A stretch of 64,000 nt of DNA from contig CAZHVT010000001.1 of NCBI GenBank assembly GCA_964536205.1, positions 5,944 through 69,943 on the forward strand, read 5' to 3'. Position numbers and translations under genes: made by a program. The DNA comes from an uncultured Gammaproteobacteria bacterium. Lineage in GTDB: Bacteria; Patescibacteriota; Patescibacteriia; Magasanikbacterales; GCA-002688135. Every line of letters begins with the position of its first letter. Positions within the stretch are counted from its first letter, which is position 1. Positions 1 through 8,841 of this stretch are shown here, one piece after another. Below the pieces are notes generated by a model. That model searched no databases. It saw nothing but the letters and a program-made list of their open reading frames with translations, and was not told the origin of the DNA.

Positions 1-70
1 TGCAATCCGGAATTGAAGTCAGCACATCTGATTTATCCGAATCAGGTTCTGACATTGTGCAAATAAAAAA

Positions 71-110
71 CCCCTCGTAAGGGGTGCCCGTGCATATGCA
101 TGGGTTTTTT
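71..110. terminator. Two adjacent GC hairpins (ccccTCGTAAgggg; cccgtgcatatgcatggg) with A-run on one side and T-run on the other: bidirectional Rho-independent terminator
   Basis: Inverted repeats read directly; T6 follows on + strand, T-run follows on - strand after the ClpP-like gene. Confidence 0.5.
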
Positions 111-112
111 AA

Positions 113-685
113 TTATCCCGTCAGAAAATCGAGTTCAAACATATCCTCATGTGAAACAGTAGCACGATCAAAACACAATTTTCGAGCGATGCATACTGAT
201 TCTTCTTTTTCATGAGTTCTCATCTGTGAAGCCCAAATGTTGAGCACTTTCTCAAACTTTGCATCAATCACACGAGCTTCTTCTTTTAGCTCTTCACTCG
301 ACATGCTCATGTTCTCGAAATAGTGACGCTTGATTGGATGAAAAAGGAAAAGACTATGAGGAGCGCTTGATCGAGTATCTGCTGCCATCAGCACTGTGAT
401 TGCTGCAGATGATGCCTCACCAGCAACATGAATCTCGAGTTGATCCGACCAGTTGAGTGTATGGCGAACTAGATCATGAAACGCAATCGCTACATCAAGT
501 GATCCACCAGAGCTCGAGAGAATTAATGTGACACTTTTTTCTGCATCTTCTTTGAATAGATCCCCAATTTCACGCACCACGCGCTCCATTGTTTCAGAAT
601 CAATCACTCCAATCCACAGCACGTGTCTTGCGAAACGATCAGCGGCATTCATTACCAATACCACGCTCTTTTTGAACTGCCACAC
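113..685 (-). CDS. ClpP/crotonase-fold serine protease-like protein (Clp protease proteolytic subunit family)
   Basis: Motifs ILSSSGGSLDVAIAFHDL and IHVAGEASSAAITVLMAAD resemble the ClpP GG(S/D)V...GxA(A)SMG active-site region; true start may be an internal Met. Confidence 0.55.
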   Translation of the reverse strand: MWQFKKSVVLVMNAADRFARHVLWIGVIDSETMERVVREIGDLFKEDAEKSVTLILSSSGGSLDVAIAFHDLVRHTLNWSDQLEIHVAGEASSAAITVLMAADTRSSAPHSLFLFHPIKRHYFENMSMSSEELKEEARVIDAKFEKVLNIWASQMRTHEKEESVCIARKLCFDRATVSHEDMFELDFLTG

Positions 686-846
686 TGAATATTATATTTA
701 TCTCGACTCATTTTTTGCTCCTATTTTCTAGTTTTTTGGTTAAAGGATTTATAATGATCGATGGGGAACATTAGCACTTCTTTGAATGTATGTCAATCCC
801 AAGATATTAAAAAACCGCCATTATTGGCGGCTATATAGACAGGTAC

Positions 847-1125
847 TTAATGAACGAGGTCTTCGAAAAAACCATAATCCTTACTATGCCTGATCAAATA
901 ATCACCATCTGACTCATGTTTGTCTGGCATATCAGATTGCTTGATCTCTCCTTCCACCCGCTTTTGAGAATGTATGTAGAATCGCCCATTTCGTGTTGCT
1001 TCGTTCAGCTGATCAAGCGCTTGTCTTTTGGAACGCAGTGCAAGCGGCAACCTTCTGTCGGATTCATCAATTAAATGCCAGTGATCTTCTGCACATCTTT
1101 CAAGTCGCGCATTTGATTGTGTCAC
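847..1125 (-). CDS. hypothetical small protein
   Basis: 92-aa ORF, no recognisable motif. Confidence 0.3.
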   Translation of the reverse strand: MTQSNARLERCAEDHWHLIDESDRRLPLALRSKRQALDQLNEATRNGRFYIHSQKRVEGEIKQSDMPDKHESDGDYLIRHSKDYGFFEDLVH

Positions 1126-1245
1126 ATTTTCTCCCTGTAAAGAACAGTTTTGAAACTACACTATTTTACTTAGTTTGTCAATCACCTTACATGCTATACA
1201 CTCCACGCAATGCACGGCCTGCCATGCACCCCACGCGGTGCATGG

Positions 1246-1950
1246 TCAACCCTTTGAGGCAAGAATGAATAAATTATGCCCCACATCTTGCGTCGCGCGT
1301 TTTCTATTTTTTATATAGTGGGCTTTTTTGATTTTGAATCCTGCTTTTTTTGTTAATTCAACTAATTCATCTTTTAAAAATACATGGACATAACGATTCA
1401 TGAGTAATGTGCCATCGCTGGCATACCATGGAATTGTCATGTCGGATTTTTGTAAATCTTTGTGAGAAAGTTTGAGGCGTTTCTTGTAATAGTTTGCATA
1501 GAGATTCCATGTGGTGATGATTGCCATTCCGCCAGGTTTTAAAACTCGGAAGATTTCATCGAGTGCTTGTTGTTGGAATTTCTCTGAAGGGATGTGATGC
1601 AATGTTGCGAGAGAAAATACCGCATCAAAATAATTGTCTTTGCAGGGGATTTCAAGAAGGTTTGCTGCGACAAATTTTGCACCATCCATTGCATATTGAT
1701 TTTTGGCGGCCTCTATGATAGTCTCGCTTTGATCAATCCCGATGTAGTCAGCTTTTTTTGCGAGTACATATGGAGCGAATCTTCCCGAGCCACAACCAAG
1801 ATCGAGTACGCGCCCTTTATAAGGAATGTATTGCGCGAACATGTCAGCATCTGCCCAAAACTTTGTGCGTGTTTCCTTAAAGTGAGAGGTTATGTTGTCA
1901 TAACCTACTCGTGTTTGTTCCATGATGTTCTGCGCTTCTTTCACATTCAT
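1246..1950 (-). CDS. class I SAM-dependent methyltransferase
   Basis: VLDLGCGSGRF glycine-rich SAM motif I and LKPGGMAIITTWN post-I motif; N-terminus trimmed to MNVKEAQ because the first 27 codons of the listed ORF are translated from the tandem-repeat structure. Confidence 0.7.
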   Translation of the reverse strand: MNVKEAQNIMEQTRVGYDNITSHFKETRTKFWADADMFAQYIPYKGRVLDLGCGSGRFAPYVLAKKADYIGIDQSETIIEAAKNQYAMDGAKFVAANLLEIPCKDNYFDAVFSLATLHHIPSEKFQQQALDEIFRVLKPGGMAIITTWNLYANYYKKRLKLSHKDLQKSDMTIPWYASDGTLLMNRYVHVFLKDELVELTKKAGFKIKKAHYIKNRKRATQDVGHNLFILASKG

Positions 1951-1960
1951 ATCGAATATA

Positions 1961-2090
1961 GTAACGAGTAAAGCGTAAAGCGTAAAGCGTAAGCGGTGTC
2001 GCCAAAGGCGACGATGTATAGATTGTCGCATTGCGACTCATTTTACGCATTACGCATTACGCTTTACGAATTACTCTTTACGCATTTCTA
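1961..2090. repeat. Composite palindrome built from tandem heptamers: (GTAAAGC)x3-GTAAGCG, central hairpin gtcgccAAAggcgac, then inverted (CGCATTA)x2-CGCTTTACG
   Basis: Read directly; sits in the divergent intergenic region between the methyltransferase and the Elp3-like gene. Confidence 0.6.
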
Positions 2091-2094
2091 ACAC

Positions 2095-3846
2095 ATGTCC
2101 ATCAACAAACAAATCATCAAAGAATTAACCATGGCTGATCTCCATGACTTTCGTGATGTCGATAAAATTAAACACAGCGTATTGCGCGCGGCAAAAGGGA
2201 AGCAGCCGACTAAATCGGAATTACTCAAAACCTATCGCGAGATGCTGGATTCTGGGGAAGTAGAGAAATCTGCGGTGATTGAACGATTGCTGCAACGTGG
2301 TCATATTCGATCTCTCTCTGGAGTTTCCGTGATTACTGTTTTGACGAAACCTTATGCATGTCCTGGAAAGTGCGTGTATTGCCCAACTGAATCTATCATG
2401 CCAAAAAGTTATCTTTCTAATGAGCCAGCGGCACAGCGAGCGTTGCGCAATAAGTTCGACCCGTGGCTGCAGATTTCAAATCGGATTTGTATGTTGGAGG
2501 GAAATGGTCATGCGGTTGATAAAGTTGAGATGATTGTGAAGGGTGGAACCTGGAATGCGTATCGATATGATTATCAGTTGTGGTTTATTCGACGTTGTTA
2601 TGAGGCGTGTAATCGATATGGAACTTCTGATGCAAATCTTCCTGATGAGCGCGCGGATTTTAAGATGAAGGAGATTGATCCTGAAACAACTTTTACGAAT
2701 GTGAATTCTTTGGAGGTGATTGATGCGCCGAATGCGACCACTTCAGATGAGATTCAGAAATCTATTGAAATAGAAAAACAAAAATTGGCCGAAGCGATTA
2801 AAATTAATGAGATGGCGAAATATCGGATTATTGGATTAACTTTGGAGACGCGACCGGATTGGATTCGCCCAGAAGAAGTTGCGCGCATGCGTGAGATGGG
2901 ATGTACGCGCGTTGAGGTTGGCCTACAACACACTGATGATGAGGTTTTAAAATTAATAAAACGTGGGCACACCGTCCAGCAATTTAAGGATGGGATTTCT
3001 TTGTTGCGTGATGCGGGATTCAAAGTTGATTTGCATACGATGCCTCATTTGCCTGGTGCGACGCCGGAATCTGATATTAAGATGTATGATATTTTATTTG
3101 ATGATCCTGGATTGCGGCCGGATATGATTAAAATTTATCCGTGTACAGTTGTCCCACTTTCTGAATTGCAAGATTGGTATGATGAAGGAAAATTTACACC
3201 ATATCCAATTGAAGATTTGTATCGCGTTTTGAAAGAAGCGAAAAAACGTGTGCCTAAATATTGTCGGATTTCGCGTTTGATCCGAGATATTCCTTCTGAT
3301 TCTATTACAGCTGGGAACAAAGTCACAAACTTAAGAGAAATGCTTCAGAAAGATATGGAGGCTGATGGAGAGACTTGTGTGTGTTTGCGGTGTCGTGAAT
3401 ATGGTCGATCTTCAAAAAAATACGATGATTTACTTAAAGAAGAGCCGCAACTCTTTATAGAAAAATTTATTGCAGGGAATGGGACGGAGTATTTTTTGTC
3501 TTATGAGGATCCGCAGCGGAGATGTGTGTTTGCTTTCTTGCGATTGCGATTGCCATCATCGCAGGATGAGAAGATATTAGAATTGATGCCGGAAATTAAA
3601 GATTGTGCTTTTGTGAGAGAGTTGCATACATATGGTCATCTCGTAAAAATCGATGCGGAAGCTTCAGATTCAGATGTGCAACACAAGGGCTTCGGAAAGA
3701 AATTAATGAAAGAAGCAGAAAACATCGCCACAGAAAAAGGATTTAAAACGATGGCCGTCATCTCCGGTGTCGGCGTCCGCCAATACTACGAAAAACTCGG
3801 TTACCATCCCGGCGAAACATATATGCTGAAGAACTTGTCATCCTGA
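2095..3846 (+). CDS. elp3: Elp3-like radical SAM / GNAT acetyltransferase (tRNA uridine-34 modification enzyme homolog)
   Basis: 583 aa. KPYACPGKCVYCP radical-SAM Cys cluster, conserved Elp3 core (GHTVQQFKDGISLLRDAGFKVDLHTMPHLPGAT, MIKIYPCTVV) and C-terminal GNAT-like segment (HKGFGKKLMKEAENIA); ends at a TGA stop. Confidence 0.85.
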   Translation: MSINKQIIKELTMADLHDFRDVDKIKHSVLRAAKGKQPTKSELLKTYREMLDSGEVEKSAVIERLLQRGHIRSLSGVSVITVLTKPYACPGKCVYCPTESIMPKSYLSNEPAAQRALRNKFDPWLQISNRICMLEGNGHAVDKVEMIVKGGTWNAYRYDYQLWFIRRCYEACNRYGTSDANLPDERADFKMKEIDPETTFTNVNSLEVIDAPNATTSDEIQKSIEIEKQKLAEAIKINEMAKYRIIGLTLETRPDWIRPEEVARMREMGCTRVEVGLQHTDDEVLKLIKRGHTVQQFKDGISLLRDAGFKVDLHTMPHLPGATPESDIKMYDILFDDPGLRPDMIKIYPCTVVPLSELQDWYDEGKFTPYPIEDLYRVLKEAKKRVPKYCRISRLIRDIPSDSITAGNKVTNLREMLQKDMEADGETCVCLRCREYGRSSKKYDDLLKEEPQLFIEKFIAGNGTEYFLSYEDPQRRCVFAFLRLRLPSSQDEKILELMPEIKDCAFVRELHTYGHLVKIDAEASDSDVQHKGFGKKLMKEAENIATEKGFKTMAVISGVGVRQYYEKLGYHPGETYMLKNLSS

Positions 3847-3891
3847 ATGCTTTAGTCGAAGAATCTCCTCAAATTTTCTGCAATTAAAAAA

Positions 3892-3914
3892 ATCCCGTTG
3901 TCCGGGATTTTTTG
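3892..3914. terminator. Bidirectional Rho-independent terminator (atcccgTTGTCcgggat + T6)
   Basis: Perfect 6-bp stem; A-run on one side and T-run on the other, between convergent genes. Confidence 0.6.
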
Positions 3915-3915
3915 A

Positions 3916-4494
3916 TCAGCCTATGCGAATCATGAGCGCGACACTTCCGTTTCCGATAATACCATTTACGATTGGATGCACCAGCGCCATTGCACTTGTG
4001 TCATTCCAGTTCAGAATAATTCCCACAATCACCAAGCAATATGCCAAAACAGCTGTATCCCACGGCGGCGTTTTTTCTCTAAGCGTGCCATTCCATAACC
4101 CTACCACAGTAGGATAAAACGAAATGAGATACACAATTTGTAATAAGATATTTGCGAGTACGGCATTACCTGTTGTCTGCCACAAAATACCCACTGCAAG
4201 TGAAATGCAAAGCGAGAACTTTTCAATTTTTCCCACTCTCGCAAATTTTCCCTTTGCCAGAGCGTAGAAAAAAATCGTACTTAATCCGATAGTTGCAGTC
4301 AGTGTGATTGACCATTCAAACAAATTTCCGTCGACTACTGTGAAGTATGTCGCCGTGTTGATCAATCCAATCACTGTCCAAATCAGCCATGTCGCTGGAT
4401 TGGGAATAGATACCCCTTGCACGATCTGACGAAAATACATCACAATAACAAGGATCAAAACCACACTTGCCAGGGTTGAAAATACCTCTGCCAT
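3916..4494 (-). CDS. polytopic membrane protein, function unknown
   Basis: 192 aa, about 6 hydrophobic helices. Confidence 0.5.
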   Translation of the reverse strand: MAEVFSTLASVVLILVIVMYFRQIVQGVSIPNPATWLIWTVIGLINTATYFTVVDGNLFEWSITLTATIGLSTIFFYALAKGKFARVGKIEKFSLCISLAVGILWQTTGNAVLANILLQIVYLISFYPTVVGLWNGTLREKTPPWDTAVLAYCLVIVGIILNWNDTSAMALVHPIVNGIIGNGSVALMIRIG

Positions 4495-4589
4495 GAGCCC
4501 TCCTTTTGTAATGAGCCACCACAGAAACTACTTGAAAAATCTGTACTTGTCAATCCCAAATAAAAAACACCCAAACGGGTGTTGAAATT

Positions 4590-5423
4590 TTATGTGTCGA
4601 GAATCGCACCATTATAAAACGTTTTGTTCCAGAATACGCGTTCCCAATAATCGCTGTTTGCGCTAGCTGGTTGAGATGTTCGCCATTCATATCGACACAT
4701 CCCACAATTACTAATCGCAAATTTTTTATCTTCACGATTCAAATCGGCCAAGAGAGTCTGTTCGTCGATATGTTCAATCTCGGCTCGCAACCCCATGAGA
4801 GACGCAAGATGACCAATAATCACCACATCCTTTTCGCCATATTGCGGAGTATAAATCCGCTGCAAAAATCCTCCAACTCGACGTACCACCTGCCAATGCG
4901 ACTCCCCCGTCATCGTCGGCAGATCCATCGCTATATCGCCGGTCGTCAAACCATTGTGCCTGAACTTTGTATAATCGCGATGTTTGAGCTCTAATAATCT
5001 CAAACGCTTAAATTGCATATCCCACGACTCGCGCTTATCAGGATCCAAATATAGAACGTTGTCACCCTGATCTTGTTCAGCAAGTGCTTTTGAATCCTTG
5101 CTTTGTCTTTTCACACGAGCTCGAATCCCATCATCTTGCCAGGCAGCCTGCATTAATTCTAATGTTTGCCGAACCCGTAACCAAGGACTGTAGAAAATGG
5201 TAATAAATCCCTTGGGGTACATTTCAGCAAGTGCATGCCCGGTAGCAATCGCCTGCTCTTTGCCCGCTGGCGTCAGCGGCACATGCTGTTCCTGCACGCC
5301 AATTATTTGATGTGGTACATCATCTAAACTCTCGAAATGAAAATTAGCACGCTGTGCTATGTTCCAATAATACTCACCATGCCGTAACAACGTAATGCTG
5401 TTTGGCCGATGCATTCCCATCAT
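4590..5423 (-). CDS. histidine phosphatase superfamily protein (phosphoglycerate mutase-like)
   Basis: N-terminal LLRHGE (RHG catalytic motif) and downstream VVIIGHLASL second His; start moved to the ATG 7 nt after the AAGGAGG RBS. Confidence 0.7.
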   Translation of the reverse strand: MMGMHRPNSITLLRHGEYYWNIAQRANFHFESLDDVPHQIIGVQEQHVPLTPAGKEQAIATGHALAEMYPKGFITIFYSPWLRVRQTLELMQAAWQDDGIRARVKRQSKDSKALAEQDQGDNVLYLDPDKRESWDMQFKRLRLLELKHRDYTKFRHNGLTTGDIAMDLPTMTGESHWQVVRRVGGFLQRIYTPQYGEKDVVIIGHLASLMGLRAEIEHIDEQTLLADLNREDKKFAISNCGMCRYEWRTSQPASANSDYWERVFWNKTFYNGAILDT

Positions 5424-5498
5424 GATCACAGCCTCCTTGTGGTCTTTCACACACTTCAATGAACGAGGTCAGAGATTACCATGACACTGGATTGCGCG

Positions 5499-5939
5499 TC
5501 AATACTTTGCCTTACCAATTGCTTTCACCAACTTCTCCGGTTCATCAGTTCCTAACATAAAAGTTTTACCGTCGGATTTTTCGATGAGAACAGCATGACG
5601 TCCGGAAATATTATACAGCCATCCTCTGCGTGTGAGATGAATCCCCCATCCTTCAATTATTTTTGTTTTCACTGCTTTAGCACTTATAATATCCGACAAT
5701 ATCACTCGTTTCTTTATGAGAGGAATCGGACCGAAATTCCAGATAAGTTCATGATCTGTGATTCTGATGGTTAATGTGGAAAATATCAACGCTAGGAATA
5801 AAAATAATATACCCTCAACCAACAACACTACCCGCGCCGTATCATCTTGCATCAACAAAGCCGTTACAAAAATACCCACCGCAACAAGCCCCAGCGCGAT
5901 CATGATCACATAACCTTGTTGTGTGTGCCTGTATTTCAT
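5499..5939 (-). CDS. membrane protein with two N-terminal TM helices and a bacterial PH-like domain
   Basis: Hydrophobic N-terminus followed by a basic beta-rich domain; 4-nt overlap with the upstream toxin gene. Confidence 0.45.
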   Translation of the reverse strand: MKYRHTQQGYVIMIALGLVAVGIFVTALLMQDDTARVVLLVEGILFLFLALIFSTLTIRITDHELIWNFGPIPLIKKRVILSDIISAKAVKTKIIEGWGIHLTRRGWLYNISGRHAVLIEKSDGKTFMLGTDEPEKLVKAIGKAKY

Positions 5940-6181
5940 CTGTATGTATTATCATTTCTTTTTTCTAATCTCAATACTTTTGTCTTCTCACCGATTACTC
6001 GATATATAACTCTGACTTTTCCTTTTCTTACTCGATATATATCATTCCTTCCTTTTAATTTTTTAACATCCAACCCGCTTAACTGATTTTTTTTTATACG
6101 AATAAGGAGCGTTTTGCATACACTCCTTTCTTTTTCAGACATCTTGGCCAGGATTTTCTTAATCTTTTCCATATACAGCAC
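5936..6181 (-). CDS. relE: type II toxin, RelE/ParE family
   Basis: 81 aa, basic, C-terminal YRVRKGKVRVIYRV typical of RelE/ParE mRNA interferases; immediately downstream of an antitoxin-like gene. Confidence 0.7.
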   Translation of the reverse strand: MLYMEKIKKILAKMSEKERSVCKTLLIRIKKNQLSGLDVKKLKGRNDIYRVRKGKVRVIYRVIGEKTKVLRLEKRNDNTYR

Positions 6182-6397
6182 TTAGAGCAATGCTAGTATA
6201 TCATCGATGTCTACTCCTCCTTTTTTAATTTTTGTAAAATCAGCAACCATCTCCCAATTGCTTTGTGAATCAGCTGCAGATAATCGAAAAAGTGGTTTAT
6301 TTTTTCTCATTACTATGAATGTTTGGCCCTTAGTGATAAGCTTCGCAAATTTGTCTACATCTTGTCGCAACTCTTTGAGTCCTATGATGTTTTCCAT
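6182..6397 (-). CDS. type II antitoxin, Phd/YefM family
   Basis: 71 aa; IGLKELRQDVDKFAKLITKGQTFIVMRKNKPLFRL aligns to the Phd/YefM N-terminal pattern (I..TEaR..l..ll..v..GE.v.ItRrGKPvAvL). Confidence 0.65.
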   Translation of the reverse strand: MENIIGLKELRQDVDKFAKLITKGQTFIVMRKNKPLFRLSAADSQSNWEMVADFTKIKKGGVDIDDILALL

Positions 6398-6482
6398 ATT
6401 TTTTGTAAGTAAGATTATCTTAAGGTTATCTTATGCTACATTGTTTGTCAAACAAAAAACCCACCGATGTGGTGGGTACGAT

Positions 6483-7211
6483 TTAGAGCGATAATCCACA
6501 CATTGCGAGAGCTCCGAGCGTGAGACCGTCGTCAAGTTCGCCTGCTTCCACAAGCTGACGGATTTCCGACATGGAGTGCAATTTGCTTCCTCCAATCAAC
6601 TCAGTTTCTTCTGGAGATGCATCGCCGATGGATTTGATTTTTGCATGGACGACATATTGTGCATGCGCGAAATATGCAGAATCCATCATCAAACGTCCAA
6701 CAATGCGTGCTCCTGCGATTTCGTATCCTGCTTCATCGAGAGCTTCCATCTTTGCTGTTTTAATGACAAAGTCTTCGATCGATTCGTTGCCTTCAGCGTC
6801 GGGATTTGGTGGAATTTGTCCACGTGGGCATTCCCATCGCCATTGACCCAGCGATGCAACAAGCTCTTCCCACAGCTGATTTTCATCAATATATTTGATG
6901 TAATCTGCAGCATCACCCTCAAAAGGCAGCCTCTCTCCCGTCATTCGGTAATTGCGAATGAGCCCTACGCGATCGCCAACCTGCGCGATTACAATCGACC
7001 CCGCAGTTTCTGCGATGATGATCCGATCAAATGACGGCTGAAACTCACCATCACGAAATCGTTCTTCCATGAGACGTAGCAGAGCCCAGCCGCGCTTGTT
7101 GTGAATCCCACCCACTCCTTGCGAGTTTGGACCCCATCCAATCACTGATGCAGCCTTCACAAAATGATCTTCTCCCAGCAGCACTACCCTTCCGGGTCTT
7201 TCTTCGGTCAT
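6483..7211 (-). CDS. hypothetical protein; possible divergent NUDIX-like fold
   Basis: Segment GNESIEDFVIKTAKMEALDEAGYEI loosely resembles a Nudix box but does not fit GX5EX7REUXEEXGU exactly. Confidence 0.3.
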   Translation of the reverse strand: MTEERPGRVVLLGEDHFVKAASVIGWGPNSQGVGGIHNKRGWALLRLMEERFRDGEFQPSFDRIIIAETAGSIVIAQVGDRVGLIRNYRMTGERLPFEGDAADYIKYIDENQLWEELVASLGQWRWECPRGQIPPNPDAEGNESIEDFVIKTAKMEALDEAGYEIAGARIVGRLMMDSAYFAHAQYVVHAKIKSIGDASPEETELIGGSKLHSMSEIRQLVEAGELDDGLTLGALAMCGLSL

Positions 7212-7365
7212 TCTTTGTCCTTTTGCTCTTCCGAAGCAACACACTTCAGCGCCGCAACCTTAGAATAAAATGATCTAATTGTCAATCATTAGATTTGTGA
7301 TAAAAAAAGAACCCTGCCTCTCGCTTGTAGCGATATGACAGAGTTTCTTGTGCGATGACTGGGTG

Positions 7366-7716
7366 TTAGTTTGCTCTCTGAAAAGCGCGCAGCCGCTCTA
7401 CGAAATCTTTGACCGCCTGCCGTCGTCCAGCCTTGGTCATTGAGCCATCCTCACAGAGCAGATGATCGTCGTAGAACACGAAGTGATCTCGATCTCGACA
7501 CAATGCCGCTAGCTCATCATTCCGACACATCATCATCGATGAAGATCTCACCATCACCGGCCCGTTGTCGGGCACCGAATCCAGCGTACCGTGCCAGTCA
7601 TGCCTCTCAAGCACGATCCCCAACCCCTCAAGCATCGCCATAAGTACTGGCGAATGATTGAAAAGAGATCTGATGCCCACATAATCTGGAAACAGATATA
7701 CTTTTACTTTCATCAT
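7366..7716 (-). CDS. hypothetical protein
   Basis: 116-aa ORF, higher local GC, no motif recognised. Confidence 0.4.
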   Translation of the reverse strand: MMKVKVYLFPDYVGIRSLFNHSPVLMAMLEGLGIVLERHDWHGTLDSVPDNGPVMVRSSSMMMCRNDELAALCRDRDHFVFYDDHLLCEDGSMTKAGRRQAVKDFVERLRAFQRAN

Positions 7717-7823
7717 TCTCCTCTTTTTTCATGCGTGAAATGACAGATTCAATACGGCTATAATAACACAAAAAAGCAGTTCTGTCAACAGTCTAGATGG
7801 CTGTAATTTTATATTTGCAATGA

Positions 7824-7852
7824 TTGACATATATCTATTGATTTGATAGATT
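7824..7852 (+). promoter_or_regulatory. sigma70-like promoter TTGACA-N17-TAGATT
   Basis: TTGACA at 7824-7829 and TAGATT at 7847-7852, upstream of the RBS AAAGGAGG. Confidence 0.45.
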
Positions 7853-7884
7853 CAAGCATCCTGAAATGGAAAGGAGGTGCAGAA

Positions 7885-8457
7885 TTGTTTCACATCATAT
7901 TGCAAATCTGGGGCGGTGGATTCTATCTCCTCAACAAGATCTTTTTCTCACAAGCTGAACGAAGCAAAGATGACGTAAAACAGAAATGGCTTGTTCGTTC
8001 ATGGGCAGTTTATCTGATTGGTCTTCCTGCATGGCTCGTGATATTCGTACTTGAGCGAAACTGGATTGTTTTCGCAGTAGAAGCTGGTGGCGCCACAGGC
8101 ATGGTTCTCGGACTCATGATTGCCAAACAAGGAATTGGAAATGAACCCAAGTGGCTGGATTACATTACACGCGTTGCGGTTGTAATGGGCATCGGCGTGA
8201 GTCTATATGACTTTGGTGGCATCACAACGATCAATCAAGTTCTCGAATTAGGTACCATTGTTGGATTCCTTTTCGGGACATACTTGCTTGCCAAACAAAA
8301 AGCTTCGGGCTATCTATGGTTTATTCTCATGAATGGATCAATGGGGACCTTGCTGGCAGTACAAAACTATTTTTGGCTTGTCCTTCAGCAAGCATTGTCT
8401 CTCATATTCGTACTCGATGCCTATCGCATGAACAAGCGCAATAAAGCACATTCATAA
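7885..8457 (+). CDS. polytopic membrane protein (possibly PnuC-like transporter; uncertain)
   Basis: TTG start 8 nt after AAAGGAGG; about 7 hydrophobic segments rich in Trp. Confidence 0.45.
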   Translation: MFHIILQIWGGGFYLLNKIFFSQAERSKDDVKQKWLVRSWAVYLIGLPAWLVIFVLERNWIVFAVEAGGATGMVLGLMIAKQGIGNEPKWLDYITRVAVVMGIGVSLYDFGGITTINQVLELGTIVGFLFGTYLLAKQKASGYLWFILMNGSMGTLLAVQNYFWLVLQQALSLIFVLDAYRMNKRNKAHS

Positions 8458-8524
8458 TCCATCCTGCGCGGTGGATTTTTTATTTACCCAAACAAAAAAT
8501 CCCCTTTCGGAGATCTTTTGTATA

Positions 8525-8597
8525 AGCAGGTGGCGGGAATCGAACCCGCATCGTCTGCTTGGAAGGCAGAAATAATAAGCCACTATACCACACCTGC
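8525..8597 (-). tRNA. tRNA-Gly (anticodon TCC)
   Basis: Reverse complement GCAGGTGTGGTATAGTGGCTTATTATTTCTGCCTTCCAAGCAGACGATGCGGGTTCGATTCCCGCCACCTGCT folds as a cloverleaf; anticodon loop CTTCCAA. Confidence 0.85.
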
Positions 8598-8841
8598 GTG
8601 AGTTGTTGTGGCAGTAGAATACAACATATTAAAATAAACGTCAATAAAAAAAGAAAGGGTATGCGCATCTTGCACATACCCTTGCCCTTAGGCTTCGTCT
8701 AGCTCTCGCTCGATGTCGAGTTGAGGCAGTGCTTCACGATCGTCCTTATCGACCGCACGCTCAAGGAGTTCCAATCGCTTCCATATATACAACATTATAT
8801 TTCCCTTCATGATATACTTTCCATGCATGAAATTCACCGTG

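Noticed and set aside
1961-2090. Possible CRISPR array suggested by short tandem repeats
   Set aside because: Units are 7 bp with no spacers and the repeats form an inverted palindrome; there are no cas genes. This is not a CRISPR array.
6483-7211. Confident NUDIX hydrolase call for this ORF
   Set aside because: The candidate box GNESIEDFVIKTAKMEALDEAGY has the wrong spacing for GX5EX7REUXEEXGU. It is kept only as a low-confidence hypothetical, unlike the clear NUDIX gene at 53180-53584.
8480-8677. 65-aa ORF on the minus strand
   Set aside because: It is translated straight through the tRNA-Gly(TCC) gene, so it is a spurious ORF.
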